From contig JAEZMP010000216.1 of the NCBI GenBank assembly GCA_023442215.1, forward strand, positions 1-53,737: a stretch of 53,737 nucleotides of DNA. The letters are read 5' to 3'. This DNA is from Pseudomonadota bacterium (GTDB lineage: Bacteria; Pseudomonadota; Alphaproteobacteria; Rhizobiales; Segnochrobactraceae). Made by a program: the position numbers and the translations under genes. This document shows positions 1-8,397 of the stretch, piece after piece. The notes below the pieces were generated by a model. The model saw only the letters and a list, made by a program, of their open reading frames with translations, ran no database searches and was not told the origin of the DNA. The stretch's first letter is position 1. Each line of letters opens with the position of its first letter.

Positions 1-49
1 GGAAAGGCGCTTCCGCTGTGCGCCCGCCCGCCGTAAAAGGCGGGATCGA

Positions 50-126
50 GGCCCCGTAGCTCAGCTGGATAGAGCAAGTGCCTTCTAAGCACTAGGTCGC
101 AGGTTCGAGCCCTGCCGGGGTCGCCA
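50..126 (+). tRNA. tRNA-Arg (anticodon UCU), intact, integration target
   Basis: Cloverleaf: acceptor GGCCCCG/CGGGGTC+GCCA, D-arm GCTC..GAGC, anticodon arm AGTGC-CTTCTAA-GCACT, T-arm GCAGG-TTCGAGC-CCTGC. Confidence 0.97.
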
Positions 127-127
127 C
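109..127 (+). repeat. attL core GCCCTGCCGGGGTCGCCAC
   Basis: Identical to 53200-53218; corresponds to the tRNA 3' end plus one base. Confidence 0.93.
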
Positions 128-150
128 TGCCGAGCGACGGCTATTGATAT

Positions 151-1230
151 CTAACGATTTTTCGTCTTTTGCCCCTCACCTGAAACGAGGTGAGGGCGTG
201 TGACGTTCGACAAGCGTTCCGCCGCGGCCTTCGCCAAGCGCTTCTGGTTCGCCTTCTTCGTGTAGTGATCGGCCATCCTTCCCGACGTCCAGCCGAAGAG
301 CGCCATCATCTCCTGGTTGGATGCTCCTGCCTCGGCGGCCCGCACGGCGCCAGCTTTCCGCAGACCGTGAGCAGCACCTGGGCACTTCGCTTCCCGGCAT
401 GCTTCCCTGAACCAGTTACCGAAGCTCTCCTTGACCCAGGGCTGCCCGGACAGCGTCGCCAGAATTGCAAGGTCGCCGGTGGGGCCCGCCGCCATGGAGA
501 CGGCAAGCTGGGGCAGGATGGGGATGCAGACCTCGTCCCGCGTCTTCTCCATCCGAATGACGAACATCCCGTCCCGGATATGCTGCTTGCCCAGCTTCAC
601 GGCATCGCCGCGCCTGAGCCCGGTATAAAGCAGCACGTCGAAAGCCAGCCGCTCTCGCGTTCCGAGTGGCCACCTTTCCTCGAAGCGGGCGAGCTCCTCC
701 TCGGTCCAGGTATGGAAGCCCTCCTGGTCGCGTCCCAGTTTGAGGCGCGAGACGCCTTTCGTGGGATCCTCGTCGATCAGGCCCCCGTCCCCCGCAGCCC
801 AGCCGAAGAACACCCGCATGGCCTTGAGGAAGGTGTTGGCGGCGTGCGGCGTGTCCTTGCGACGCTCTCGGCCGGCGACGATGTCGGCGGGAGCGAATTC
901 GGAAACCAGCTCCGTGCCGGACGTCGCGATCACGGCGCGGTAGACCGCCTCGCGCTGGAGACGTGTCGCAGGAGACAGCCCCGCCCACGCCGAGCTTGCC
1001 CGGTATCGGTCCAGCGCCCATTCCAGGGTCATGCGCGTGACCTTGCGCTCGGCCGGCGCAGGGGTGCCCTCGATGGCAGCGCGATACTCGCGCCAGAATT
1101 CGTCCGAACCGTAGGCGGACTTGAGCCGCGTGCGCGGTCCCTTGCCCTTGCGCACGTACCACACCACGGCACCGTGGCGGGTGACCTGCTGAACGAGATG
1201 TGGCGGGCGGGGGCGCGGCATGCCGTCCAT
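151..1230 (-). CDS. int: Tyrosine recombinase / phage integrase
   Basis: LYTGLRRGD (R), AHGLRK (H-x-x-R), FGW...HY (W/Y) catalytic motifs; adjacent to att. Confidence 0.95.
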   Translation of the reverse strand: MDGMPRPRPPHLVQQVTRHGAVVWYVRKGKGPRTRLKSAYGSDEFWREYRAAIEGTPAPAERKVTRMTLEWALDRYRASSAWAGLSPATRLQREAVYRAVIATSGTELVSEFAPADIVAGRERRKDTPHAANTFLKAMRVFFGWAAGDGGLIDEDPTKGVSRLKLGRDQEGFHTWTEEELARFEERWPLGTRERLAFDVLLYTGLRRGDAVKLGKQHIRDGMFVIRMEKTRDEVCIPILPQLAVSMAAGPTGDLAILATLSGQPWVKESFGNWFREACREAKCPGAAHGLRKAGAVRAAEAGASNQEMMALFGWTSGRMADHYTKKANQKRLAKAAAERLSNVTRPHLVSGEGQKTKNR

Positions 1231-1409
1231 TACAGCACCCGTATGCGCCTCGGCTCAACCGGGCGATTCGGCGTCGGCAAATTCTCCGCCGGGACAACTT
1301 CAGCGACACCCCGCACCAGATCCACGCGCACGGCCATCCCGACGCGCTTGGCTGCGGCGAAGACGCGGGCAAGGTCGGCCTAGGTGAAAAGGGCGGGGCG
1401 GCCGGACAT
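1230..1409 (-). pseudogene. Excisionase-like small gene interrupted by TAG at codon 10
   Basis: Reads MSGRPALFT*ADLARVFAAAKRVGMAVRVDL...RIRVL; TAATG overlaps with both neighbours; TAG at 1380-1382. Confidence 0.7.
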
Positions 1410-1633
1410 TAATCTCGCGCTCCTATCGCTAGGAGATGCTCAGCCACCGCACGCGCCTGATCCTTCGTGATGCGGCGGCGCACCTTGCGGGACACCTGGT
1501 CGCCCGTGACGTCGAAATAGATGAAGGCGACATGGAAATCGTCGGCGTCTTGGATCTCAAAGCTCTCCGCGTGCTCGACGAGGTGCCAAGGGCGGTCGGG
1601 AAGCTGGTTGATCATGGTTTGTTCTCTCCCCAT
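1409..1633 (-). CDS. Hypothetical phage protein
   Basis: 74-aa ORF in the operon, stop overlaps the next start. Confidence 0.7.
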   Translation of the reverse strand: MGREQTMINQLPDRPWHLVEHAESFEIQDADDFHVAFIYFDVTGDQVSRKVRRRITKDQARAVAEHLLAIGARD

Positions 1634-1800
1634 GAGGCGTCTGGGTGGCTCCGGCCGAGGCGATTTTAGCAGCAGCCCGCCGCTCCGCTATCTGATCGGA
1701 TGTCGGAGCGCGCTTGTCGTTGACATTCCGATCTCGGCAATAGCCCCAATCTCGGCAGGCACCGGGCGAACGGCAGCGGGCGTCGGGCAGGGCTCCGGTG

Positions 1801-2382
1801 TCATTGCAAAAGCTCCTTCAGGGCGGCGTCGCGAGCGGCGCTGAGCTCGGCCATGGCGTCGTCCGATCCCCCGTGATCGGGGTGACGCTCCTTAGCGAGG
1901 CCGCGATAGGCCGTCTCGACCATCTCGGGGGTAATCGGCCGGCCGCCGGGGATGAAGCCCAACACCTCGCGCCAAGGCCGCCGACCCGGCACCGGCAATG
2001 CGGGGATGAAGCCCTTGAACGTCGCGCGCACCAGCGAGAGCGTTCCGTGCCGCAGCTCGGTTCGACGCGCCTCGAGCACATGGTGGATCGCCTGGAGGTT
2101 CGCCGCCGGCGTGTCGTATCGGTCCACCGGGATGCAGCGCTGCTCGCCGTCCCAGGTGAACCACACAGCGACGCCTGGGTCCGCCGGCCGGCTTTCGCCC
2201 AGGGATACGTTGGACGACAGCACGATTCCTGCGACCGGGCTCCCGCTGTCGCGCCCGAAGGCCAGGAGCGAGGAGCGCACATTCTCCAGCGCGCCGGCGA
2301 GCGTCGTGCGGAACTGGCCTTTCTCGCGAGTTCGCGCCCGGGGAAAGCCCTCGGGCCAAGAAAGTGGGTAGGCAGCGGTCAT
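1801..2382 (-). CDS. J-domain (DnaJ-like) protein
   Basis: C-terminal AYRGLAKERHPDHGGSDDAMAELSAA with HPD motif. Confidence 0.85.
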   Translation of the reverse strand: MTAAYPLSWPEGFPRARTREKGQFRTTLAGALENVRSSLLAFGRDSGSPVAGIVLSSNVSLGESRPADPGVAVWFTWDGEQRCIPVDRYDTPAANLQAIHHVLEARRTELRHGTLSLVRATFKGFIPALPVPGRRPWREVLGFIPGGRPITPEMVETAYRGLAKERHPDHGGSDDAMAELSAARDAALKELLQ

Positions 2383-2798
2383 CGAGCTGCCCTCGCCCTG
2401 GTCTCGGCGATGACCGCCTCGGCCCGGTCCTCATCCCCGGTGGCGCACCACAGAGCGAGGGCCAGCACGAACGGGTCGATCCGGTGGAGCGCCCAGAAAG
2501 CCTCCTCGCCGATCCGGTGCTGGGCTTGCACGTCGTCCTGATGGTGATGCCGGCAGAGCGGCACGGTCCATTCGTCGCTCGGCCGCTCGGCGCCGCCGGT
2601 CTCGCGCTTCCCGTGGAAGGCGGAGGCCATGCGGACGTGGGCTCCTTCCACCTGCTTCCGGGAGCCGCAGACGCAGCAGGGCAGGGAGCGGATGAACTTC
2701 AGGTGCTGCTGATGCAGCCGACGGGGCCGGCGCTTTCCCTTGGGTGGTGCGGCGGCGAAGGCGGTGGCGGGGCGAACGATGCGCATGGGGCGGCTCAT
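2379..2798 (-). CDS. Zn-binding HNH-like nuclease (DUF968-like)
   Basis: PCCVCG, AHVR, PLCRHHH motifs; ATGA coupling at 2795-2798. Confidence 0.75.
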   Translation of the reverse strand: MSRPMRIVRPATAFAAAPPKGKRRPRRLHQQHLKFIRSLPCCVCGSRKQVEGAHVRMASAFHGKRETGGAERPSDEWTVPLCRHHHQDDVQAQHRIGEEAFWALHRIDPFVLALALWCATGDEDRAEAVIAETRARAAR

Positions 2799-3394
2799 GC
2801 GGCGCACTCCCAGGCACCGCGCTCCTGCAGCCACGCATGGAGCCGGCGGCAGCGCTGGAGATCGTCCCACGCGCCGTGCGTGCCCTCGCGGGGCTTCTCG
2901 CCCAGCAGGATGGAGCAGGCCTCGTCCAGGCTCGGCCACTTGAAGGATCCGTCTTCCCGGTCGGCCTCGATCCGGCAGAAGGGCGTGGCCGCCTTCATCG
3001 TGTCCACGAACTCTAACCCAGGACGGGTCCAGAGCTTCGTCTCCTTGCCCCGACGCAGCAGCATGCCCTCGATGATCTGCCGGTCGAAGTCGATCCCGTG
3101 GCCCACAACCATCTCGGACTGCGCCGCGAGGCCGCAGAGCACCCCAAGCGCGGCCACCTCGGAGAGACCCCGCTTGGCAGCGAGGCGGGTCGAGATGCCG
3201 TGCACGGCCTCGGCGCCGGCGCGCACTTGGCGCCCCTCCGCCTTAATGTGCAGGTGGAAGAAGTCGCTTTCCGTCTCGTCGATCACGAGCTGGGCAGCGA
3301 TGCTCACCGCCCAAGGCTGGGAGGGATCATCCAGCGGACGATCCCGTTTCAGGAGGTCGGACGTCTCGGCGTCCATGAACAGCACGGCGCTCAT
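2795..3394 (-). CDS. DEDDh 3'-5' exonuclease
   Basis: DAETS (ExoI), GHGIDFD (ExoII), HGAWDD (ExoIII). Confidence 0.88.
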   Translation of the reverse strand: MSAVLFMDAETSDLLKRDRPLDDPSQPWAVSIAAQLVIDETESDFFHLHIKAEGRQVRAGAEAVHGISTRLAAKRGLSEVAALGVLCGLAAQSEMVVGHGIDFDRQIIEGMLLRRGKETKLWTRPGLEFVDTMKAATPFCRIEADREDGSFKWPSLDEACSILLGEKPREGTHGAWDDLQRCRRLHAWLQERGAWECAA

Positions 3395-4569
3395 GCTCCT
3401 GCGAGCTCCCTGACCTGAAGGGCGACGTCCTCGGCGGAGATCTCGCCCTTCAAGCGGCGCACGTGCAGTGCGTAAATCTCTCGGAGGATGGCGGTGTCGT
3501 CGTCGGGCGGGGTTCCGTCGAGCTTGCCCGTGAAGGCTTCGTGCAGCCCTTTGAGGCTGGCCGACTTCACCGCGCGAGCAAGCGCTTGGTGGTAGGCAGT
3601 GAACTGTGCGGAGGACAGGCCGGGCTGGGGCTGGGGGGCGGATGCACCCGGCCTGTCCTCCTGCTCGCCGGGCGACTCCGGCGAGGTCGCGGTGGGGGTG
3701 TCGAGCACCTGCTCTTCACCCACCTGTTCTTCATCCTGCTGCTCGCCGGCGGTCTCGCGTTCGACGTGCTCAAGCGAAAAGCCGGGCTTCGGCGTGCCCG
3801 CTTTCAGACGGGACGCGAGCGTCGGGCGCTCCGGCGTCACGTCGCGGATATCGCGATAGTCGGCCTCGTCCTCGATGCGCAGCGCGTCGGCGAGCTCGGG
3901 GGACGCGGGCATGCGCTTCATGAGCCGGCGGATGACGGTCTTCTTCGCCATCTCGCCCTCGTCGGTGCCCCAGGGCGTGGACTTGATCTTGCCGTCCTTG
4001 AATGCCTTCCAGCCGTCGGACCGGTCACGGATGCGGTGAACCTCCCGGAGGGACATCACCTCGAAGTCGGTCTCTCCGCCGGCCAGCTTCACCACGGCGT
4101 AGTAGGCGTAAGCCTCGCCGCGGTCCTGCGCGAGGTTCGGTTTATGATGCAGGCGCTTGTTGTCGCCCAGCACGCACTCGAACTCGTCGCGCTCGCACAC
4201 CTCGTGGGCATAGGAAGCGGCAATTTCGCCGGACTGGCGGCCGAGCTTGATCAGGCCGCGGTAGCCCACGCGGAGCTGCGGGGCGAGGCGGCGCTCCTGG
4301 TTATTCCAACCGGTGATGAGGTAGGCCTCGCCGAGCTGGGGATCCAGGAGCAGGCCCAGCGCCGCGGCTTTCGACACCTCATTGAACACGGCCTCGGGGT
4401 CGCACTTCAGCAGGTTCGGGTGCTGGCGCAGGGCGATGGCGAGGTTGCGCTCGAACCGCTCTGGCTTCACGTGGGTGGGCAGGGAGGCGAACAGTCCGCT
4501 CGCCCGCTCGGGCGGCAGCACCTGGGCCCTGAAGGCCTCGAATGGGCCCGTGGTGGCGACCTGGTTCAC
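3391..4569 (-). CDS. recT: RecT-family single-strand annealing protein
   Basis: LGEAYL, GYRGLIKL, EMAKKTVIRR motifs. Confidence 0.92.
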   Translation of the reverse strand: MNQVATTGPFEAFRAQVLPPERASGLFASLPTHVKPERFERNLAIALRQHPNLLKCDPEAVFNEVSKAAALGLLLDPQLGEAYLITGWNNQERRLAPQLRVGYRGLIKLGRQSGEIAASYAHEVCERDEFECVLGDNKRLHHKPNLAQDRGEAYAYYAVVKLAGGETDFEVMSLREVHRIRDRSDGWKAFKDGKIKSTPWGTDEGEMAKKTVIRRLMKRMPASPELADALRIEDEADYRDIRDVTPERPTLASRLKAGTPKPGFSLEHVERETAGEQQDEEQVGEEQVLDTPTATSPESPGEQEDRPGASAPQPQPGLSSAQFTAYHQALARAVKSASLKGLHEAFTGKLDGTPPDDDTAILREIYALHVRRLKGEISAEDVALQVRELAGA

Positions 4570-5492
4570 GCCGCGTCCTCCTGCGGGAGGAGGCCCACGT
4601 CGGTCTCGGCATCAAGGCGCTTGCGCAGCCATTCGGGAATGAACAGCTTGGCCTCGCCCTCGAAGGCCGGCCACTCGCCGCTCTCCATGCAGCGCGCGAA
4701 GGTATCGATGGCGCGCCGCACCCGCCGGCGCGCGTAGCCGATCCAGCTTGCGTCCACCTCCACGATGCTCACCGCGTAGGGCGGCACCTTCTCGACGCAC
4801 ACCAGCACGAAGGCGGTCATGTCGATGTTGCACACGGCCTTCAGACCCATGCCAGTCAGGGCGCCGGCCATGTCATAGCCGCGTTCAAGGATCGCGCGCT
4901 CCATGGCACGCGGCGCGGCGTCGGCGGCCGTCTTGAGATCCACCACCACCCCGTCGCTCACGGGAAGGACGTCGGGCCGAATCTTCAGCCAGATGCCGGT
5001 GACGGGGTCGCGGTAGATGATGGAGCGCTCGACCTCGCCCTGAAGGAGGCCCTGGCGCACGAGCGGGTGGCGCGCCAGCGAGGCGGCGATCCCCTTGATG
5101 TGCTGAACCTGGTCGGGCGCCAGGACTGTCTTGCCCGCCTCACGCTGGAAGTCGCGCCATTCGCGGGCAGCCTTGGTGCGATAGTCCGGATACTCGTCCG
5201 GCCGCACGACGAAGCGCTGGCGGAAGCCGGCCTCGCCCAAGAGGAGGGTGTGTGCTGCTTGCCCGAAGTCGAGGGCATCGGACTGCTCCTGCTCGATCCG
5301 CTGCGGGTTCAGATAGCTGGTGGCCCAATAGTGGGCTGGGCTGCGCAGCTCGATCGTGCGCAGGCCAGAGGAGGACACACCGGGGCCGTCGGTGCAGTCG
5401 CCGTGGTAGCGCTCGATATCGAGGGCGTAGACGCCGGGCTCCGTCACGCGCTCGAACGGAAGGAGGGGGTGGATGGGGAAAGCGCTCGTCAT
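4566..5492 (-). CDS. RecE/ExoVIII-like PD-(D/E)XK exonuclease (DUF3799-like)
   Basis: YH..SSSGL, FGQAAH, KIRPD, DLKT motifs; directly upstream of recT. Confidence 0.88.
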   Translation of the reverse strand: MTSAFPIHPLLPFERVTEPGVYALDIERYHGDCTDGPGVSSSGLRTIELRSPAHYWATSYLNPQRIEQEQSDALDFGQAAHTLLLGEAGFRQRFVVRPDEYPDYRTKAAREWRDFQREAGKTVLAPDQVQHIKGIAASLARHPLVRQGLLQGEVERSIIYRDPVTGIWLKIRPDVLPVSDGVVVDLKTAADAAPRAMERAILERGYDMAGALTGMGLKAVCNIDMTAFVLVCVEKVPPYAVSIVEVDASWIGYARRRVRRAIDTFARCMESGEWPAFEGEAKLFIPEWLRKRLDAETDVGLLPQEDAA

Positions 5493-5493
5493 G

Positions 5494-5691
5494 TCACACC
5501 AGCTCCTTCTCGACGGCCAGCCATTCGGGGAGATCGACCACCCAGCCCTGTCCGTCTTCGTCCGCACGGGTGAGTTCGATCTGGGACAGCGGTAGCCACA
5601 CGGTCTTCCCGGTGTTGTGGTCGCGGACCTGGACGGCGCGGTCGCCGCGCACCAACAGGTCCACGTTGATCTCCACGAGGTTGGACTTCAT
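5494..5691 (-). CDS. Hypothetical phage protein
   Basis: 65-aa ORF (WLPLSQI, LPEWLA) with RBS, in the operon. Confidence 0.75.
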   Translation of the reverse strand: MKSNLVEINVDLLVRGDRAVQVRDHNTGKTVWLPLSQIELTRADEDGQGWVVDLPEWLAVEKELV

Positions 5692-5701
5692 GGCCGGGCC
5701 C

Positions 5702-6796
5702 TCAGTAGGTGATCGCGACGTGCGGGACTTGCCCGGCCGCAATGAGGTCCACCACCTGCGCCGCCAGATCGGACGGGATGCCGATGCCCTCTATGGCGCG
5801 AGCCGCGTCGCGGTGGACCTTGTCCCGGTGCGGCTTGTTCGCCTCGCGCTTCGCCGCCGCGGCAGCTTCGGCGGCCTTGGCCTGCTCCGCCTCGTGCTTC
5901 ACGCGCGCCTCGGTCTCGCGGGCGCGCTGCTCGGCCGCTTCCGCCTGCCGCTTCAGCTCCTGCTCGCGCGCCTCGGCTGCTTCCCGCTCGCGCCGGGCGG
6001 CTTCCTCTGCGCGCCGGGCGTCGGCAGCGGCTTTCTCCTCGGCGTCGCGCTTGGCCGTCTCCGCAGCCTCGCGAGCGATACGCTCTTCGCGGTCCTTCTT
6101 GTCCCGCTCTTCCTTCTGGCGGCGCAACTCGGCGAGTTCGGCCTGCTCGGCCTCGTAGCGCTCACGGGCCTCGATGCCGGCGCCGAGCTGGAAAACGGCG
6201 ATCTCCTTGGCCCGGCCATAGGCGGCCTCGTACTCCTCGCAATCGGGGCCGATGACGATGGAGTTCAGCTCGTCCAAGGCGGCGCGCATATCGGCCGCGG
6301 AAATCTGGAGCTGGCTCTTGGCGCCGAGCTGCTCAATCCGGGCGATGGCGGCCTTATGGGCGGCGACGCGCTGCTCCTCGGCCTGCTCCCACTCCGTGAG
6401 GGGCTTGCGCACCTCGTCGGCCCAGGCGTCGAGGGTGTCGCGGGCGTGCTTGCGCGCCGCGTCGATCTTCTTCGGAATCTCCTTTTGGGCGTCGTTCAGC
6501 GCCTTGCCGGTGCCGTCGAGATAGGTCTTCACCTTCGTGATCTTGAAGGCGAAGGACTTGACCTCGGCCCGGCCCTTGGCAGTGGAGATGTCGGCATCGA
6601 AATCGTCGATCTCCTTGCGCACCATGGCGAGGTAGGGATCGAGCGCGTTCGGTGTGGTGAAGACGGCAAGCGCGTTCTGCTGCTCGATCTTGATGAGATT
6701 CATGTCCATGGGTGGCGCTTTCTTGAGGTTGGCGACGACGCCGGCCGCGACCTCTCCGATCGAGCGGAAGGTGGGCGGCAGCGGCCGGCGGGTCAT
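5702..6796 (-). CDS. Coiled-coil phage protein (start may be 6708)
   Basis: Long Ala/Glu/Arg/Lys-rich helical region, VRKPLTEWE; typical position upstream of recE/recT. Confidence 0.8.
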   Translation of the reverse strand: MTRRPLPPTFRSIGEVAAGVVANLKKAPPMDMNLIKIEQQNALAVFTTPNALDPYLAMVRKEIDDFDADISTAKGRAEVKSFAFKITKVKTYLDGTGKALNDAQKEIPKKIDAARKHARDTLDAWADEVRKPLTEWEQAEEQRVAAHKAAIARIEQLGAKSQLQISAADMRAALDELNSIVIGPDCEEYEAAYGRAKEIAVFQLGAGIEARERYEAEQAELAELRRQKEERDKKDREERIAREAAETAKRDAEEKAAADARRAEEAARREREAAEAREQELKRQAEAAEQRARETEARVKHEAEQAKAAEAAAAAKREANKPHRDKVHRDAARAIEGIGIPSDLAAQVVDLIAAGQVPHVAITY

Positions 6797-6808
6797 GGGG
6801 CGCAGGCC

Positions 6809-7240
6809 TCAGGCGGCCGCAGATTCGGGGGCGGCGGCCGGGGGCGGCTCAGGGGCCACGTAGGGCTCGAACTGCCAGCTCTCGCCCCACCAGGCGCACA
6901 CCACGCCGTCATCGGCGACGGAGGCCGTGCGCATATCGAGCCGCGCACCAAAGGCGGGGTTGCCGTAATCGGACGGCTTCGTGGACCCGGCGACCGGAGC
7001 GTCCAGGGGATCGTCGATCACCTCGAGGACAACATGCGGATGGCCGACGCCGATGAGGTTGTGATGAGGGCGGGGCGTCACGAGGTCCCCCGGCTGGAAC
7101 GGACAGCCCGCGGCATAGCGCTGCGCAACCTCCTTCAAGGTCACCGCCTGCTCCTCGGCAGATGCCAGTCGGAAAGGCCGCGGACTGCCTTCGGTGATCA
7201 CCGCAACAAGTGCTTCAGCAAATCCCATCTTTCCCTCCAT
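6809..7240 (-). CDS. Hypothetical phage protein
   Basis: 143-aa ORF, operon orientation, coding-like composition. Confidence 0.7.
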   Translation of the reverse strand: MEGKMGFAEALVAVITEGSPRPFRLASAEEQAVTLKEVAQRYAAGCPFQPGDLVTPRPHHNLIGVGHPHVVLEVIDDPLDAPVAGSTKPSDYGNPAFGARLDMRTASVADDGVVCAWWGESWQFEPYVAPEPPPAAAPESAAA

Positions 7241-7293
7241 GGATGGCCCTTGGGCCGTTGAGGCGGCGGGCTCAGCGGCCGGCCGCAGGTTGG

Positions 7294-7407
7294 TCAGAGC
7301 CGGTTGCGGCGCCGGCCCCTAATCCAGTTAGAGGCGTCCGCCAGCAGCACGCCGAAGGCGATGGCGAGCGCGAGAGCGGTGGCCGAAGTTGCGAGGACCG
7401 CGATCAT
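7294..7407 (-). CDS. Small membrane peptide (37 aa)
   Basis: MIAVLATSATALALAIAFGVLLADASNWIRGRRRNRL; ATGA overlap with upstream ORF. Confidence 0.55.
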   Translation of the reverse strand: MIAVLATSATALALAIAFGVLLADASNWIRGRRRNRL

Positions 7408-7655
7408 CGGGCGCTCCAGCCGGAGGCGGCCGCGACGAAGAGCTGGCCCGGCAGCAGGGAGAGGGTGAGCCCCGCCGCCACCGCCTGGGTCGCGATGACG
7501 GCACCGGCAAGCACAGCCTCGGCGAAGGGGGAAAGGGTTGGAGCCGCCGCGCCCGGATCAGGGCATGCGGAAAGGCGCGGCGGCTCAGGCGCGGCCACGA
7601 TGGCGGCGCTTGTCTTGGACCTGCGACGACGCAGGAAGGGCAGGGGAAGGCGCAT
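7404..7655 (-). CDS. Hypothetical protein with hydrophobic C-terminus
   Basis: 83-aa ORF tiling the operon. Confidence 0.55.
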   Translation of the reverse strand: MRLPLPFLRRRRSKTSAAIVAAPEPPRLSACPDPGAAAPTLSPFAEAVLAGAVIATQAVAAGLTLSLLPGQLFVAAASGWSAR

Positions 7656-7658
7656 GGG

Positions 7659-7880
7659 TCAGCCCGCCCGCCGAATGGGGGTGCGGGCGCGGTGGCCCTC
7701 CAGCACCGTGTTGATCGCGTCGGCCAGCTCCTGAGCCAGAACCGGGCTTTCAACGCGCATGCTGATGCCGTGGAAATTGAACCGGTCCATGCGGATCGTC
7801 AGGCTGTCGTCGATCGCACGCGCCTCTTCGGGAATTCCAAGGACGCGGAACTCGCACTGGATCTCGTCGTGCTTGCTCAT
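7659..7880 (-). CDS. Hypothetical phage protein
   Basis: 73-aa ORF, AGGAG RBS, ATGA coupling. Confidence 0.7.
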   Translation of the reverse strand: MSKHDEIQCEFRVLGIPEEARAIDDSLTIRMDRFNFHGISMRVESPVLAQELADAINTVLEGHRARTPIRRAG

Positions 7881-8299
7881 GCGGCGCTCCTGTCGGCGGC
7901 GAGGGCGGCAAGGCGCGCGTCAACCCGCGCCAGTTCGGCGTTCACGCGCTCGCTGCCGCAGGCCTGGAACAGGCTATCCGGGCAGGTGAGCGGGTTGCTG
8001 ATCCGGGCGCGCCAGTCGAGGAGGTCTTCGATCTCACGCTGCGCCTCGGTAAGCCGGGCGCGACGGTCGCGCTCCACGGCGAGGGATTGGGCCGCCTCGG
8101 CGGTCGCCCGCGCCCAGGCGCCGGCCTGACGGAGCAAGTCCTTGTCGCTCGGGCGACACTCGGGAGAGCGCTTCTGCCAGGAGGCGCGCCAGGCGAGGTA
8201 TTGCTCGTTGGCCAGCGCGGCGACGGCTTCCTGGTCGATCTCCAGGCGTGGGGTGAGGAGGGAGCGCGGGTGCGGGTCCGTCCTCTCGATGGTCGTCAT
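7877..8299 (-). CDS. First gene of PL operon, hypothetical
   Basis: ATG at 8299 preceded by GGGGAG RBS, just downstream of PL. Confidence 0.7.
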   Translation of the reverse strand: MTTIERTDPHPRSLLTPRLEIDQEAVAALANEQYLAWRASWQKRSPECRPSDKDLLRQAGAWARATAEAAQSLAVERDRRARLTEAQREIEDLLDWRARISNPLTCPDSLFQACGSERVNAELARVDARLAALAADRSAA

Positions 8300-8327
8300 G
8301 GCGTCCGCTCCCCTTTCGATGGGGAGA

Positions 8328-8388
8328 TTGCTACACATCGTAGCTACACCTGTCAACTACGATGAGTAGCAATTTCTTCGGATCGTAG
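8328..8388 (-). promoter_or_regulatory. PL/OL: promoter with CTAC-N5-GTAG operators
   Basis: Operators 8331-8343, 8357-8369 and degenerate 8376-8388; -35 TTGACA (8356-8351), 17 bp spacer, TAGCAA; same layout as PR. Confidence 0.85.
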
Positions 8389-8397
8389 CTATGGTGT

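Noticed and set aside
5252..7261. 669-aa plus-strand ORF
   Set aside because: Antisense to well-supported early genes; no motifs
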